Below, piece after piece: positions 11,306 to 23,694 of a DNA stretch of 64,000 nucleotides (position 1 is the stretch's first letter; each line of letters begins with the position of its first letter). The position numbers and the translations under genes are program-made. The stretch spans positions 1,116,001-1,180,000 of the forward strand of contig CAJFCJ010000008.1 in the NCBI GenBank assembly GCA_904063045.1. Direction: 5' to 3'. The notes beneath the pieces are model-generated. The model searched no databases. It worked only from the letters and a program-made list of their open reading frames with translations, and was not told the DNA's origin. This stretch comes from Dimorphilus gyrociliatus. Lineage: Eukaryota; Animalia; Annelida.

Positions 11306-12889
11306 TGCTGGAAAATGGTTGTTGTTCAACAGAGTTCTCATGATTTTGAAGGAGTTGATAAAGTAATCATAAAGATGTCTAGTCTTCAGAGACAATACTA
11401 TCTAAAAGTGATGGTGCTTAAATTTATTTACCATTACAAAAAGTATAAAATAGATAACATATAAAATTAGGAGTATTATTGCATATAATAAAATAATTCT
11501 ATTATAAGAATATTAAAAATCATTGTTATAAACGAATTCTAATCAATAAAAGACAATTTTCGAATTTCATTTATTTGAACTTGACGTGACGGATGGCACT
11601 TGGTACATAAAACAAGAACACTTAATCCTCTAATCATTCACTTATAATATTTTCCTTTTACATTTTTATTTTTAAATTTAGGAATAGAAAAGTTGCCAAC
11701 ATAAAACAGAAAACAGTAATTAGTAAGCTATTGGTAAGTAGCTCCATCTTGCATATATCCTTCATTTATATAATATTTACAGTCTTAATGCTAGTATTAT
11801 CGCCTCTAAATTATTATTGTATTTAAAAGGATTATCTAGAGTTATAGAAACAAATAAAACAGAAGAGATACCAAAATGATACAAATGGCCGTCTATGAAA
11901 ACGTTACATGTTGTAATTGATAAATTTAACGAATTCAGCATTTTAAACTTAAGTACACTCTTAGAAATATGCTTAAAACTGCTGTTGTTATTTTAACAAT
12001 ATCAATTATCAATCACAATGATCTTATTTATTAGTAATCTTTTAATTGTTCATTAGCAATATAATACAAAATAAAACACATTCTATTCGTTGTTTTTTTG
12101 ATGGAACCTTAAAAAATGATTCTATTTTTTTATGGTATTTTATATAGAATAATAACAAAGCAAGTAGTAAAAACATGATAAATTTGCCTTTTATTTGCAT
12201 ATAGACCAACTCTATTTCGATGTAGAGAGCAAATTAGAGAATAGGATTTTTTATGTGTGTATTTGATTATTTTATTCTAATAGCTTTTTTTCAGCCTCCC
12301 CTCTCCTGCCCTCCTCCCCTTCCTACCTCTCTCCGTTAACGTCATCTTTCTATTTTATTATAATTAAGGAAATCAACTACAGTCTTTCAATATGATTTCT
12401 CTGTTTCTAGGTTGCTAGACAACATCAACAATCGCAATTGTTATCAAAAGAAATTGTCTATATTAATTGAATAAATTCATAAATTTATATATACTGTATA
12501 TATATATATATATATAAAGTATATAGTATATGTATTTATAGATACATGTATGTACAACTATAGGTGATTATTGAATTCTTTATATGAAAACTTTATCTAT
12601 AGAATAAAAGAATATTCATAGAGGCGGTTATTCAACTTGTTAAATTGTTAAATAAAGCTTAATAAATGGATTAAAATGGTCATAACATCCTTTAAAGTAA
12701 AAAAAAGGAAAATAAGTATAATGAAAAATTAATATCCTAATTGTTTTTATGATTGTTTAAATATTTTTATGTAAAAAGTTTATAGAGGAAAAATATTGAG
12801 AAGTCGTATAAAATCAAAGAAAGAAAAATCACGAATTAATGGACAAGTTTATTATATTAAATAAGGTTAAAAGTCCATATTTCTTTTCA

Positions 12890-15800
12890 TCATACTAAAT
12901 AAGCCAAAACCATAGAAATGGAAAGGAAAAGAAATGATGCTGATGTAGTAGCTCCGCCCCCTGTATATTTTTAAAGAAAAATTAACATTAAGTCATTTTA
13001 TAAGAGAGCAAGACGTTAGAAATGTAAATAGGATAAAAAGAATTTGATTTTAACCTGTTGTTGGTACGGTTACTGTTGTTTGTTTTGTTGTTGCTTTTGT
13101 TGTTTGTGTTGTTTGTTTTGTTGTTGCTTTTGTTGTTTGTGTTGTTTGTTTTGTTATTGCTTTTGTCGTTTGTGTTGTGTGTTTTGTTGTTGCTTTTGTC
13201 ATTAAAGACAAATTAACATTAAATCATTTAATAAGAGAGCAAGACGTTAAAAATGTAAATAAGATAAAATGAATATGATTTCAACCTGTTGTTATTGGTA
13301 TGGTTACTGTTGTTTGTTTTGTTGCTGCTTCTGTCGTTTGTGTTGTTTGTTTTGTTGTTGCTTTTGTTGTTTGTGTTGTTTGTTTTGTTATTGCTTTTGT
13401 CGTTTGTGTTGTGTGTTTTGTTGTTGCTTTTGTCATTAAAGACAAATTAACATTAAATCATTTAATAAGAGAGCAAGACGCTAAAAATGTAAATAAGATA
13501 AAAAGAATTTGATTTTAACCTGTTGTTGTAGGTACGGTTACTGTTGTTTGTTTTGTTGTTGCTTTTGTTGTTTGTGTCGTTCGTTTTGTTGTTGTTGGTG
13601 CTTGTGTTGCAGGAACTTCAGGAATGGAACATGCATTGGGTACATTAGTTATATCTCTGTTACATAGATTGTCTTTGCAATGACAAAATTTCTCATTGCC
13701 TTGAGAATAAGTCATGTCAGAACAGGCTGGAACATGGGCTTGCCAAGCACGATTTCCTCTAGGATCCGTTACGCAAGTTCTGTAGATTTGTTCAGGTTCT
13801 CCTACAGATTTAAAAAAATTCCATTTTTAAATGAGTAAGGATGAATTTGATACCTACCATTTTTGAAGATAACATTCAAGTGACAAGTATCACAGTTAGA
13901 GACTGCATCGCTATCTGGTACTGTAAAGCCAGAACCCCAGCCACATCTTGTGTCGAATGGAGGATTGGATTCTCCTCTTTTCCAGAAGCATTCGAAACAG
14001 TTAACGCTCGCTTTTTCTTGTACTATTGATAAAGAATGAAACAAAAGTAGTAACATAGTATTAACTGTTTATGTACTCGAGCATACCAAACGGACTCTGT
14101 TGTGGTGTATGAACTGCATCGCAAACGTTTGGAATATCTTCTTCTTTCTCGTTACAAAAGTCGTCTTTGCAATAACAATACTCATGTCTACCTCCTAGCA
14201 AAGGATCATACACACATTTAGTATCATACATTTCCCAATCGTCCAATCCTTGTACACAGAAGCGATCAACACTCACCGGCTTATCTTTATTCATAAAAAA
14301 GAAGCAATAAAGTATTAGCATTTTAATTCACGGGCGTAATATTGCTCTAGTTTTCTAACTACTCACCATAATGATAGGTAACAAAGTGTGTGCATTGCAA
14401 ACAATTTTCTACTACAGATCGGTCGTTAACATCCTTAGGTACCGAAAAAGCGCTACCATATCCGCAACGAGAGTCAGTTGTTGTTATACCATCTTCACTC
14501 CAAGAACAGTGAAAGCAAGTTTTACCCGATACCACTGGTGGACTAGTTGGCTTAGGTAAGCTACAAACATGCGGTATTCCATCTGTTTTTTCGTTACAAA
14601 GGTTACTCTCGCAGAAGCAACTTTTCGAATTTTTTCCTGAAATTACTGGTTGTTCTGAGCAATGTTCAATAGGCTCTCTCCATTCATTAGAGCCCGTAAT
14701 ATCATTCACACAAGTTCTTGAAACAGTTTCAACAGCATCTATTAATATTGGGAAGGTAGATTATTAAAATATTTAATTGATAAATTATTCGAGCAAAACA
14801 AACTTCCGACGTAAGTTATAGCAATTTGACATAAACCACAGTTATATTTTATGTTTTCAGGATCTGATTGAAAATCTACGCCATATCCGCATTTAGGATC
14901 GTACGGTGGAGATGAAACTCCCCTCTTCCAAAAGCATTGATGACAACTGACACCAGCTTTTGGACTTTCATTCGCTGTATGAATATTCAAATTTTATGAA
15001 TTTATAATATCACTATTAAAAGAAAAACTAACTAAAATCAATTGATTGGGGAAATTCTCTGGGTGAATCGCAATACTGACGAATATTAGTATTGTTAATG
15101 TTACAAAAACTTGAATCACAAAAGCAGTATTCATTTCTTCCACCACTCAAAAGGTCATATGAACATTGAGTATCTAAGTTGCTCCAATCCTCTGATGAAT
15201 CGGTCAAACATGCTCTATTAATTGAATCAGGTTCATCTGAGATGTGAAAACAATTTATTTATTACAATTATTTATTATATAGCTATTGACTGTCTTATAA
15301 ACCTCCTTTAAAAGTAATTAGCAGTCCGCATTTTATACAATTTTTCTCTACTGCCGGATGACTATCCAAAGCTGGTATCTTGAAATTTTCACCCCAACCG
15401 CAGTCCGGATTGTGGAGGCCATTTCCATCACTAGACCAAGAGCATTGGAAGCAAGAGTATGTAACTGGAGGAGGTTGTGTAGGTGGCTGAACGTCACAGG
15501 CGTCGGGTATGCCATCCTTTTTTTCATTACAATGGTCTTGCGTACAATGACAGTTTTCATAGGCTCCTCCATTGGTTGGTTGAACAGAGCAGGATGCAAC
15601 ATTTTCTCTCCATTCATTCAATCCAACGATATCTCTGATACAAGTCCTTCTTATCTCTTCGATTGTGCCTATGAAAAATTGTGAAAATATAACAATTTTC
15701 TTTTCTCTTTAAAATAGATTGTTTACCATCACTTCGCTTTGTCATTTCCAAGCGACAAACTCCGCAATTATCCTTTGCGGACGATATATCCATATTAAAA

Positions 15801-18800
15801 TCGGATCCATACCCGCAATTTGGATCATAAGGAGCATTAGTTTGGCCTCTTTTCCAGAAACATTCATAACATTTGATATTTACTTCGCTTTCAACTTAAA
15901 AATTGAATTCAAAGTATAGAATGGCATTTTTTTTATTAACTAGGACAAAAAATAACCTACCTAGTAGAGGTACAGGATCGTAGCTAGTCTGACTATCACA
16001 AACACTTGAAATATTTTGGTCATTTCTGTTGCAGTAACTTCCTTCGCAGAAACAGAATTCATGCTTTCCACCTTTAAGAGGATCGTGGGAACAGGTATTT
16101 TCGTAAACTAGCCAGTCTTCAGCAAACTCAGTAATGCAATATCTTGTTATGTCCACTGCATCCTCTGTTAAAAGGAAATAATGTTTATGATACGTTTAAG
16201 TGAGAAAATCATGAAATTTTTATTCTTACGTCCTCTATACGTAATCTGAAATCCACATTTTAAGCAATCCTTCTCAACTGATGCATCATTAATGCTTTCT
16301 GGCACTGAAAAATCTCCTCCCCAACCACATCTTGAGTCATGTAGCCCATCAGGTGAGTTACTCCAAGAACAAGCGAAGCAGTTATAAGTCATTTTCGGAG
16401 GTATAGTTGGAATTGTAACATTACATGCATCAGGTAGATTAGTAGGCAAGACATTGCAAAAATCTGTATCACAGTAGCAAAATTTATTGACGGCTCCTCT
16501 TAACGGTTGCTCCGAGCAAGATGGAATATGTTCTTGCCATTTGTTTTTTTCAGATAGATCGGATAGACAAGTTCTTTGAATTACTTCGGGAAAATCTGAA
16601 ATATTCATTGCGTTAGATTATGTTAAATCATTAGTGTAATAAATAACGACACTGTTCCTGAGAACAACAGCAACATGGCACATTCCACAATTGTCTTTGG
16701 CTTCTGATTCGGTCATATTGAATTCAGGCCCATAACCGCATCTCGGTTCAAAAGGGGCATTAACTTCTCCTCTTTTCCAGAAACATTCATAGCATTTTAC
16801 AGCAGCTTTAGTAGTAGATCTTAAAACTATTTAGAAGCACGCACTGATTTATGGTTGAATGACTCAAGATATTATTACCTAGTGGAGCTTCGGGTGGACT
16901 AAAAGGTGTATCACATACATTTGGAATATAGGCATCATGATGATTGCAGAAATCTCCCTCACAGAAGCAATACTGATGTTTACCTCCTTTTAGAGGATCA
17001 AAACCGCAATTATTTTCGTGTCTTTCCCAATCACTTTCCAGTTCTTGAACGCATCCTCTTACTATATCGACAGCTTGGGCTAAAACAGGAAAAATCGATT
17101 AAAAGTGAACAAGACCTTTTGATATTTATGATTGCTTACATCCTCTGAATGTAACCATTAGAACGCATTGAAAGCAATTATTAAGAACGGCACCATCAGC
17201 AGTGTTATTAGTAATGGTAAAACCTGAGCCGTAGCCACATCTTGGATCAATTAAACTATCTGGATTATCGTTCCACACACATTGAAAACAACTGTAAGTT
17301 GGGGGAGGTGGAACAGTAGGCACTTCAACATCGCACATGTCTGGAATATTACCCTTCTCTTTATTACATAAGTTAGAATCACAATAACAAAATTCGTGTC
17401 TTCCTCCGTCTATGAGTTGAATAGAGCATCCTGGTAAGTGTTCGCGCCATTCGCTTTCACCATCGATATCCCTTATACATGTTCTGTGAATTTCTTCAAT
17501 GGTACCTAAAATTTGTTTTAATTTCGAAAATATGTATTAAATTTAACATATTTATTTATCGTTCTTGATAAACTCACTTCCTCTATAAGTTGTAGATAAG
17601 TGGCATACTCCACATTCAGTTTTAGCTTCACCATCGGGTACTGTGAAGTCGTTTCCACATCTACCGTCGTAAGGACTTTGATTATTTCCTCTTTTCCAAA
17701 AACATTCGAAGCAACTGATAAGATTCTCTTGCGATTTAGATGCTATAAAAATAATACAAAATTAATAATAATCTCCTCAAAACTATTCATTATGTTGAAA
17801 ACGTTTGTTTTACTTGATATAAGCGGAAAATCGGGTGCAACGAAAGGTGTAGCACAGACACTTGGGATGTTTATGTTGTTTTCATTACAATAGTTTCCTT
17901 CACAGAAACAATATTCATCCTTTCCTCCTTTTAAAACATCATATGAACATTTGTTGTGTGGATATTCCCAATTATCTCCTAGATCAGTGGCGCAAAATCT
18001 AGTTATATCATAAGCCTCACCTATAAATTCATAGTGAAATATTAAAAACTATATAAATGAGAGATTTTATGCCAAACCTCCTTTAAAAGTAACTGAGAGA
18101 CCACATTTAAGGCAATCTTTAAATACTGATGGATCGTTTGGGGACTGAGGAACATTAAAACCTGGTCCCCATCCACATCTATCGTCATTCAATCCACCTG
18201 GTACTGAACTCCATGAGCAGGAAAAGCAATTATAAGTAACTGGTGGTTCTGGATATAAATTTAAAAAACAGCATTAATATAATTACGATGAAAATTACTG
18301 AAACTAACGTATTGGTATGGGATCACAAGCTGATTGAATATCAGTGTTATTTTTATTACATATGTCTGTATTACAATAACAATGCTCTTCTTCTCCACCA
18401 AAGAGAGGTTGTTTAGCGCAGGCTGTTGCGTGATTTTGCCATTTATTATAACTTCCTGCCAATCCTAAACAGGCTCTTTGAACTTCCACAACTTGATCTA
18501 ATTTTCAATAATCAGAATATTATTTAATCAAATGGTCATATTTCTGAGATAGTTTACCTCCTTTTTTGACAATTCCTAAGTAACACGTTCCACAATCAGT
18601 TGTTGCTTCGTTATCAGGAACAGCAAAATCATTTCCTAATTTACATCTTACATCCCCGATATCTCCAATTTTCCAATTGCACGAAAAACATTTTGCAAGA
18701 GCCTTTGGTTCATTTTTGATTGCTAGAGGAGGAGCTAGAAAAAATAAAAAGTTATTAAAAAGATATCAAAGTAAAAGAATGTTATACTGACATTGAGTCG

Positions 18801-20336
18801 GATGATCATCACAAACATTTGGCAAAGTTTCTTTTTTCTCATTACAAAAGTTTCCTTCACACACACAAAATTCCCGTTTTCCACCTTGTAGAGGTTCGGC
18901 TGAGCACGTATTATTGGGATAAGCCCATTTTTCGTCCCCCAATTCTGCTTTTCCTAAGCATATTCTTACAACTTCAAAAACTTCTTCTGCAAAAAGAAAT
19001 AATATATCAATGGAGGGAAATCGAAATTAGTAAGTACACGCTTACCGTCTCTATAAGTTAAGGATAGACCGCACTTAAGGCAGCCTCCGGCCACACCACT
19101 ATCTCCTGTTTTATTAGGAACTGTAAAGTCGTCTCCATAGCGACATCTTTCGTCGCTTGGAATTTCCATGTGCCAGTCGCATCTATAACAATCATAAGTT
19201 GGAAGAGGTGGATCAGTAGCTAAAAAATAATTTAAAAATTCTATAAACGAAAATTGAAAATTTAATTTGCGAAGCTCACGTGGAATAGTGGGATTTGTAC
19301 AAGCATTTGGAAGACTATCACTTTGTTCATCATTACAATTTTCGGTGTTGCAATAACAAAATTTATTATCTCCACCGGCTATTTTTTGTTCTGTACAAGA
19401 TGGAACATGATTTTGCCAGTAGTTTTTACCGATTAGTGGGCCGTAGCATATCCTGGAGACTGCAACAACTCTGGCTAAAAAGATTCACTTGTTACTTTAA
19501 AAGCAAGAGTTGATCCTAGAAAAAACTTACAATCATTGAAAACTCTGTGAATTCCGCAAGATCCACAGCCAGGTGACACATGACTAGCGTTTAATTTGAA
19601 ATCGGAACCCCATCCGCAATTTGGATCGTAATTAGGTCCAGTCTCACCCTCCTTCCAGTTACAGTTATAACAAGAGATCTCATTGGCTTTGCTAGCATCT
19701 TCCTCTGGCCCTTATATCATTATTAAAAGGTAAATATCTAGTTGATGAGGAGACAGTTTATACTACCTGTAAGAGCTAAATTTGGGGGACATTCAAGATC
19801 TATATTGTCATCATTTTTATTGCAGTATCCTCCTTCACAAAAACAAAATAGACGTTCTCCACCATAGAGAGGTTCCCTGACACAGTTGTTTTGTGGGTGC
19901 TCCCAACTTTCTAATTCATTTATGCACATTCGAATGACTTCTTGAACTTCGCCTATAAGAATTATAATTTTAGGAAAACGGGAAAAGATACAAATAACAA
20001 AGAAAGAGGAAAAAATTAAAAGTTTTACCATCTTTTTTAGTGAAGGCAATGCCACATTTCTGGCAATTTTCCTGTACAGAATTATCACTTGGTTCTTCTG
20101 GCACGTTAAAATCTGAACCCCAGCCACATCTTGGATCATCGTTTGGAATATCTTTTTGCCATTCACAATGAAAGCATGTGTTCTGACAATTCAAGTCTAA
20201 CAAAAAGAAAATATAAAGTAGAACAAACTTTATAAATCTTGAAAAACAATTAAAAAATTAAGAATAATTAAAAAAAAACAAAAAACAAACTTTTCAGTAA
20301 AACTACGAAAACTACTAGATTAAGTAGTAACTTCAT
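12890..20336 (-). CDS. Giant GPI-anchored protein with 14 tandem Ly6/uPAR (quiver-like) domains and a Thr-rich stalk; about 26 coding exons, roughly 1800 aa (my estimate)
   Basis: Signal exon MKLLLNLVVFVVLLK (20336-20291). Fourteen repeats of CxxCxW...RCG.G..F...CxxC / R.C...W...C...P..GG...CxC....CN...C traced exon by exon from 20196 to about 13620. Thr-rich TTK/TTQ segment ends at 13520. Last exon 12960-12890 reads GGATTSASFLFLSISMVLAYLV-stop, a GPI-type signal. Confidence 0.85.
12970..13580. repeat. Tandem duplication of about 231-234 bp (intron piece + Thr-rich exon end), roughly 2.6 copies, with an internal 33-bp unit (TTKATTKQTTQ on the minus strand)
   Basis: TTAAAGA(C/A)AAATTAACATTAA...TAAGAGAGCAAGACG recurs at about 12971, 13202 and 13436, each copy followed by (TGT/TTT)-rich 33-mers. 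Confidence 0.9.
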
Positions 20337-20868
20337 CGCCGCAAAGTCAACCGAAAGTGGCAGTAGTTTTCAGTGAACATCCTTTTTTATTAACTTAACA
20401 ATTTTTGATAAAAATAATAAATATAAAATGTTATCTCCATTCAAGAATAAAATTTCATTTAAAAAATTAATAAATTTATTATCCTGGTACCGCTTGGCTT
20501 TTTTTTTTATCGATATCTATATTCAAAAGAATAATTCCTCTGTTAAGTATTGGTACCACCCATCTATAGTAGTAAAGTGTAATAAATCCAAATATATCTT
20601 TACTAAATACTATAGATAGATCAATTATTTCCTTTTTTATCCTATATATTACTCAATAATACTATTGAACTCTTTCTGTTCTCTTTTTTTTTATAATGAA
20701 TAAATGATTAAAATCATAACGGTTAGGCCTATTGGGGTAATGAATTACCTTAAGAATAAATATTTTATTATATGGCGTGTTTTTTTATTGAAGAAGTAGG
20801 CAACTTCATTTGTCGTTGTATTGGTAATTATTAAAATCTTCTTTTCTTTAATAAAAAAGAAACTGTAA

Positions 20869-21321
20869 CTTCTAATAAGATTTAGGCGAATTCATTGTTC
20901 AGAATATGATTGTGTAGAATTTGATCAAAATGGTAATAGACACTCAAAGAACATAAAACTAACAATTAAGATCAATAGAATTGTTATTGACTATGAAAAG
21001 AGACAATGTACAGAAGAGAGTCATAGGAAGAGAGAGACAGAGAGTGAGACGATAGTAACAGTTGTATTTATTACAGTCAACTCTCTGTTGAAACACATAA
21101 TTTTTCTCGAAACTATGATATTATCTATAGCTAAACCAGTTGATAATTGGGAAAAAGTCTTGAAATACTGCTTGAAACATAATGAAAATTATCTTCCTGA
21201 AAATTCACTGAAATCGTTAATTTTGTGTGCTGAAGGTGTTCAAGTTTTAAAGAGTGTTAATTCAAAACCAATAAGAAGAATATATAATAAACGTTCTGAA
21301 CTTGAAGGTAAAGTGACCTAA
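20869..21321 (+). CDS. Probable terminal coding exon of an unidentified gene
   Basis: About 150 stop-free codons in AT-rich DNA (RIHCSEYDCVEFDQN...NWEKVLKYCLKHNENY...ELEGKVT-stop) with a TTTAG acceptor at about 20885. No family motif recognised. Confidence 0.4.
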   Translation, partial: LLIRFRRIHCSEYDCVEFDQNGNRHSKNIKLTIKINRIVIDYEKRQCTEESHRKRETESETIVTVVFITVNSLLKHIIFLETMILSIAKPVDNWEKVLKYCLKHNENYLPENSLKSLILCAEGVQVLKSVNSKPIRRIYNKRSELEGKVT

Positions 21322-22466
21322 ATAAGTCTTTTTTTTTCATATTTTTTCTAATATATTAATAAAATAGTCACTTCATTTGTATATTTTAAATTGTTCGTGA
21401 TAAATTTAATTCTTTTTTTATAGACTACTTCCGGTACTTAGGTATTAGTTTTAATAGTAACAAAAAATGAAATTGTTGTATGAACACGATTAAAACTTGA
21501 ACACGTGATGAGAAAATATTTCTTTTTTTTTTTTTACAGCTTTAAACAATAATGGATGTCATATGCTTCGTATTTACTGGAAATATCTGTACAAATATGA
21601 TTTTAATTCATTTTTATTGACACAATTTAAAAAAAAAGAAAAAATATTAATATTTCTCTTTTCATTATTATTATAATTATTAAATTGACTTATAATAGAG
21701 ATGGCAAAGAGAGATATATATATATATACCATAGAGAGAGAGAAAAAAGAGGGAATATCATCGATAAATCAATTCCTTTTCTACATAAAATATTAACTAG
21801 TACTGAAGATTATACAATTTTTTTCCTAGCTTATTATTCATAAAGAGCATTTCTCTGTCTATTTATATTTGGCCGTTCCTTAAAAATTTTTTTTTCTCTT
21901 TTTTTACCTTTCTATTCATCATGAAGTGACTATTTTGTTTAGATTTCGTATAAATATTAATGTATTATAAGAAAATATACCAATGCTAATTAGTTTATTG
22001 AATTTGATCATATCTTTACTTTCAAAATACTTTTTTTCTTATAATATACTGTATATAATACTTTAATAAGTTTAACTTGTGGGATTATTATACTTTCTAT
22101 AGTGCTCACACAAACACATACGCACACGCATTCTTTATTATATAGATATCTATGATTAATATTTAAAAAGAAATGTCTCTGTCTACCTAGTATTATCAAA
22201 GGATTAAGCTACCTCCTACGCTAATTCTCTTAATTATAATATTGTATTTAAATAATAATTATTTTCGTAAAACTGTTTAGTTTGTTACGAAAGAAAGAAA
22301 ACTTTTGTATAAAGATATTGTAGACTAACAGATTTTAATTTCTTAATTATGAAGAAAGGTATGAAAATGAGCTGAAATATAAGTTTCTATATTTCTTTTC
22401 AATTGTATCCTTCTTTAATCTAAGATTGTTGATTTTGATAAGAATTGCTTTTCTTAATATATAAGA

Positions 22467-22895
22467 ATGGTCAATTTATTACTGATAAAAAAAATACCTC
22501 CCACAGAGAGGGAAACCAGCGATTTCGAACGAAAAGATGGGCAATATTACCAAGAATATTACGACAAAGAAGATGAAAATGAAAAAGTATTGATATCAGT
22601 AGACATTACTTTTAAAAATGATAAGAATAAAAGAGATAAAGCTACATCAAATCTAAATGGTAAGAGATGTGAAATTTTTTTTATTAATGCTGTATTATAA
22701 ATATTAGATCTATTGCAATTTTCGGTTTCAAGTCAAATCCGTCGAAACAAGACAAATAGGAAATCTTGTCTTTCTTATTTTCGCTTATCTTTAGTAATTA
22801 AATTGAAAAATTAACAGGCTCAGATTTCCCGGATTCGACAGCCGATCCGTCGTCAGAGTTGCCAGATCCACTAATACTGCTTCCGGACATGGCTT
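22467..22895 (+). CDS. Possible small unidentified gene or exons (D/E/K-rich)
   Basis: An ORF from ATG 22467 with an AATG|GTAAG donor at about 22659 joins in phase to AACAG|GC TCA GAT..., giving GSDFPDSTADPSSELPDPLILLPDMA-stop. The opposite strand is also partly open, so the strand is uncertain. Confidence 0.3.
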
Positions 22896-23694
22896 GAGCA
22901 TACTTTAAAAAATTTTTATATAGATTAAGTGGCCTGTTATATCTAAATATAAAAAAATTTATTCAAAATTGCTTAGAAACAAACTTGATTAGCCAAAATA
23001 GATCCCATAACAATAAGATAAAGAGAAACCATTATTCTGAAATAAGTATTCATATTGCTGAAAATATTTTACCAGTGTCGCTTTCTACCTCGATTCACAA
23101 AGCAGATGCAGGTGAAAGTAAAAAAGGGTTTCCATCGCTTTATATACATTTTCTTTTTCCAAAAATTAAAGCAGCTGTTGCTCTCAAATAGTTTAAATAT
23201 ACGTTTCGGTTTTATAAGTTTGTATTTATAATTGATTCTACATTATTAATAAGTCAATTAAAACTTTTCAATTGAAAGTGTTTGTTTAAATTGTAAATAT
23301 GAGATTAAAGAAGAAAAAAATCGGTTGTTAAAATTTTCATGCATCCCCCAATCATCCTATTATTATATTATTATATCAAATATGTAAATTTATATACATA
23401 TATATATATATATATATATAGAAACTCGTATTTGTTTAAATTCTTTAATAGTAAGAGAAGAATTTTAAATCTATGAATGATATATGCTTGGTATTTATAG
23501 CTACAAGGTCTCAAAAAGTTGAACATCGCATATCACAGTATTAGTGACTTTTTTTTCTATTTTTGATCATTCGATAAGGAAGAATTGAACATATTTAATT
23601 CATTGATATAGAACTTTTTTTGTATTTTTTCTCTATATATTTCATTTATCTGTTGAAATATGTATAAAATAATTATATATATTTCACAACTATA

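Noticed and set aside
13030-13580. Regular 33-bp repeats that might suggest a CRISPR array, and the Val/Cys-rich + strand ORF 13300-13512
   Set aside because: The repeats are contiguous with no unique spacers, the context is eukaryotic, and the ORF is the antisense reading of Thr/Lys/Gln codons.
14742-20166. Many + strand and alternative-frame ORFs across the LU gene (e.g. 15358-15684, 17600-17893, 19295-19513, 19738-20166)
   Set aside because: Antisense or out-of-frame readings, or read-through across introns, of the minus-strand Cys-rich exons.
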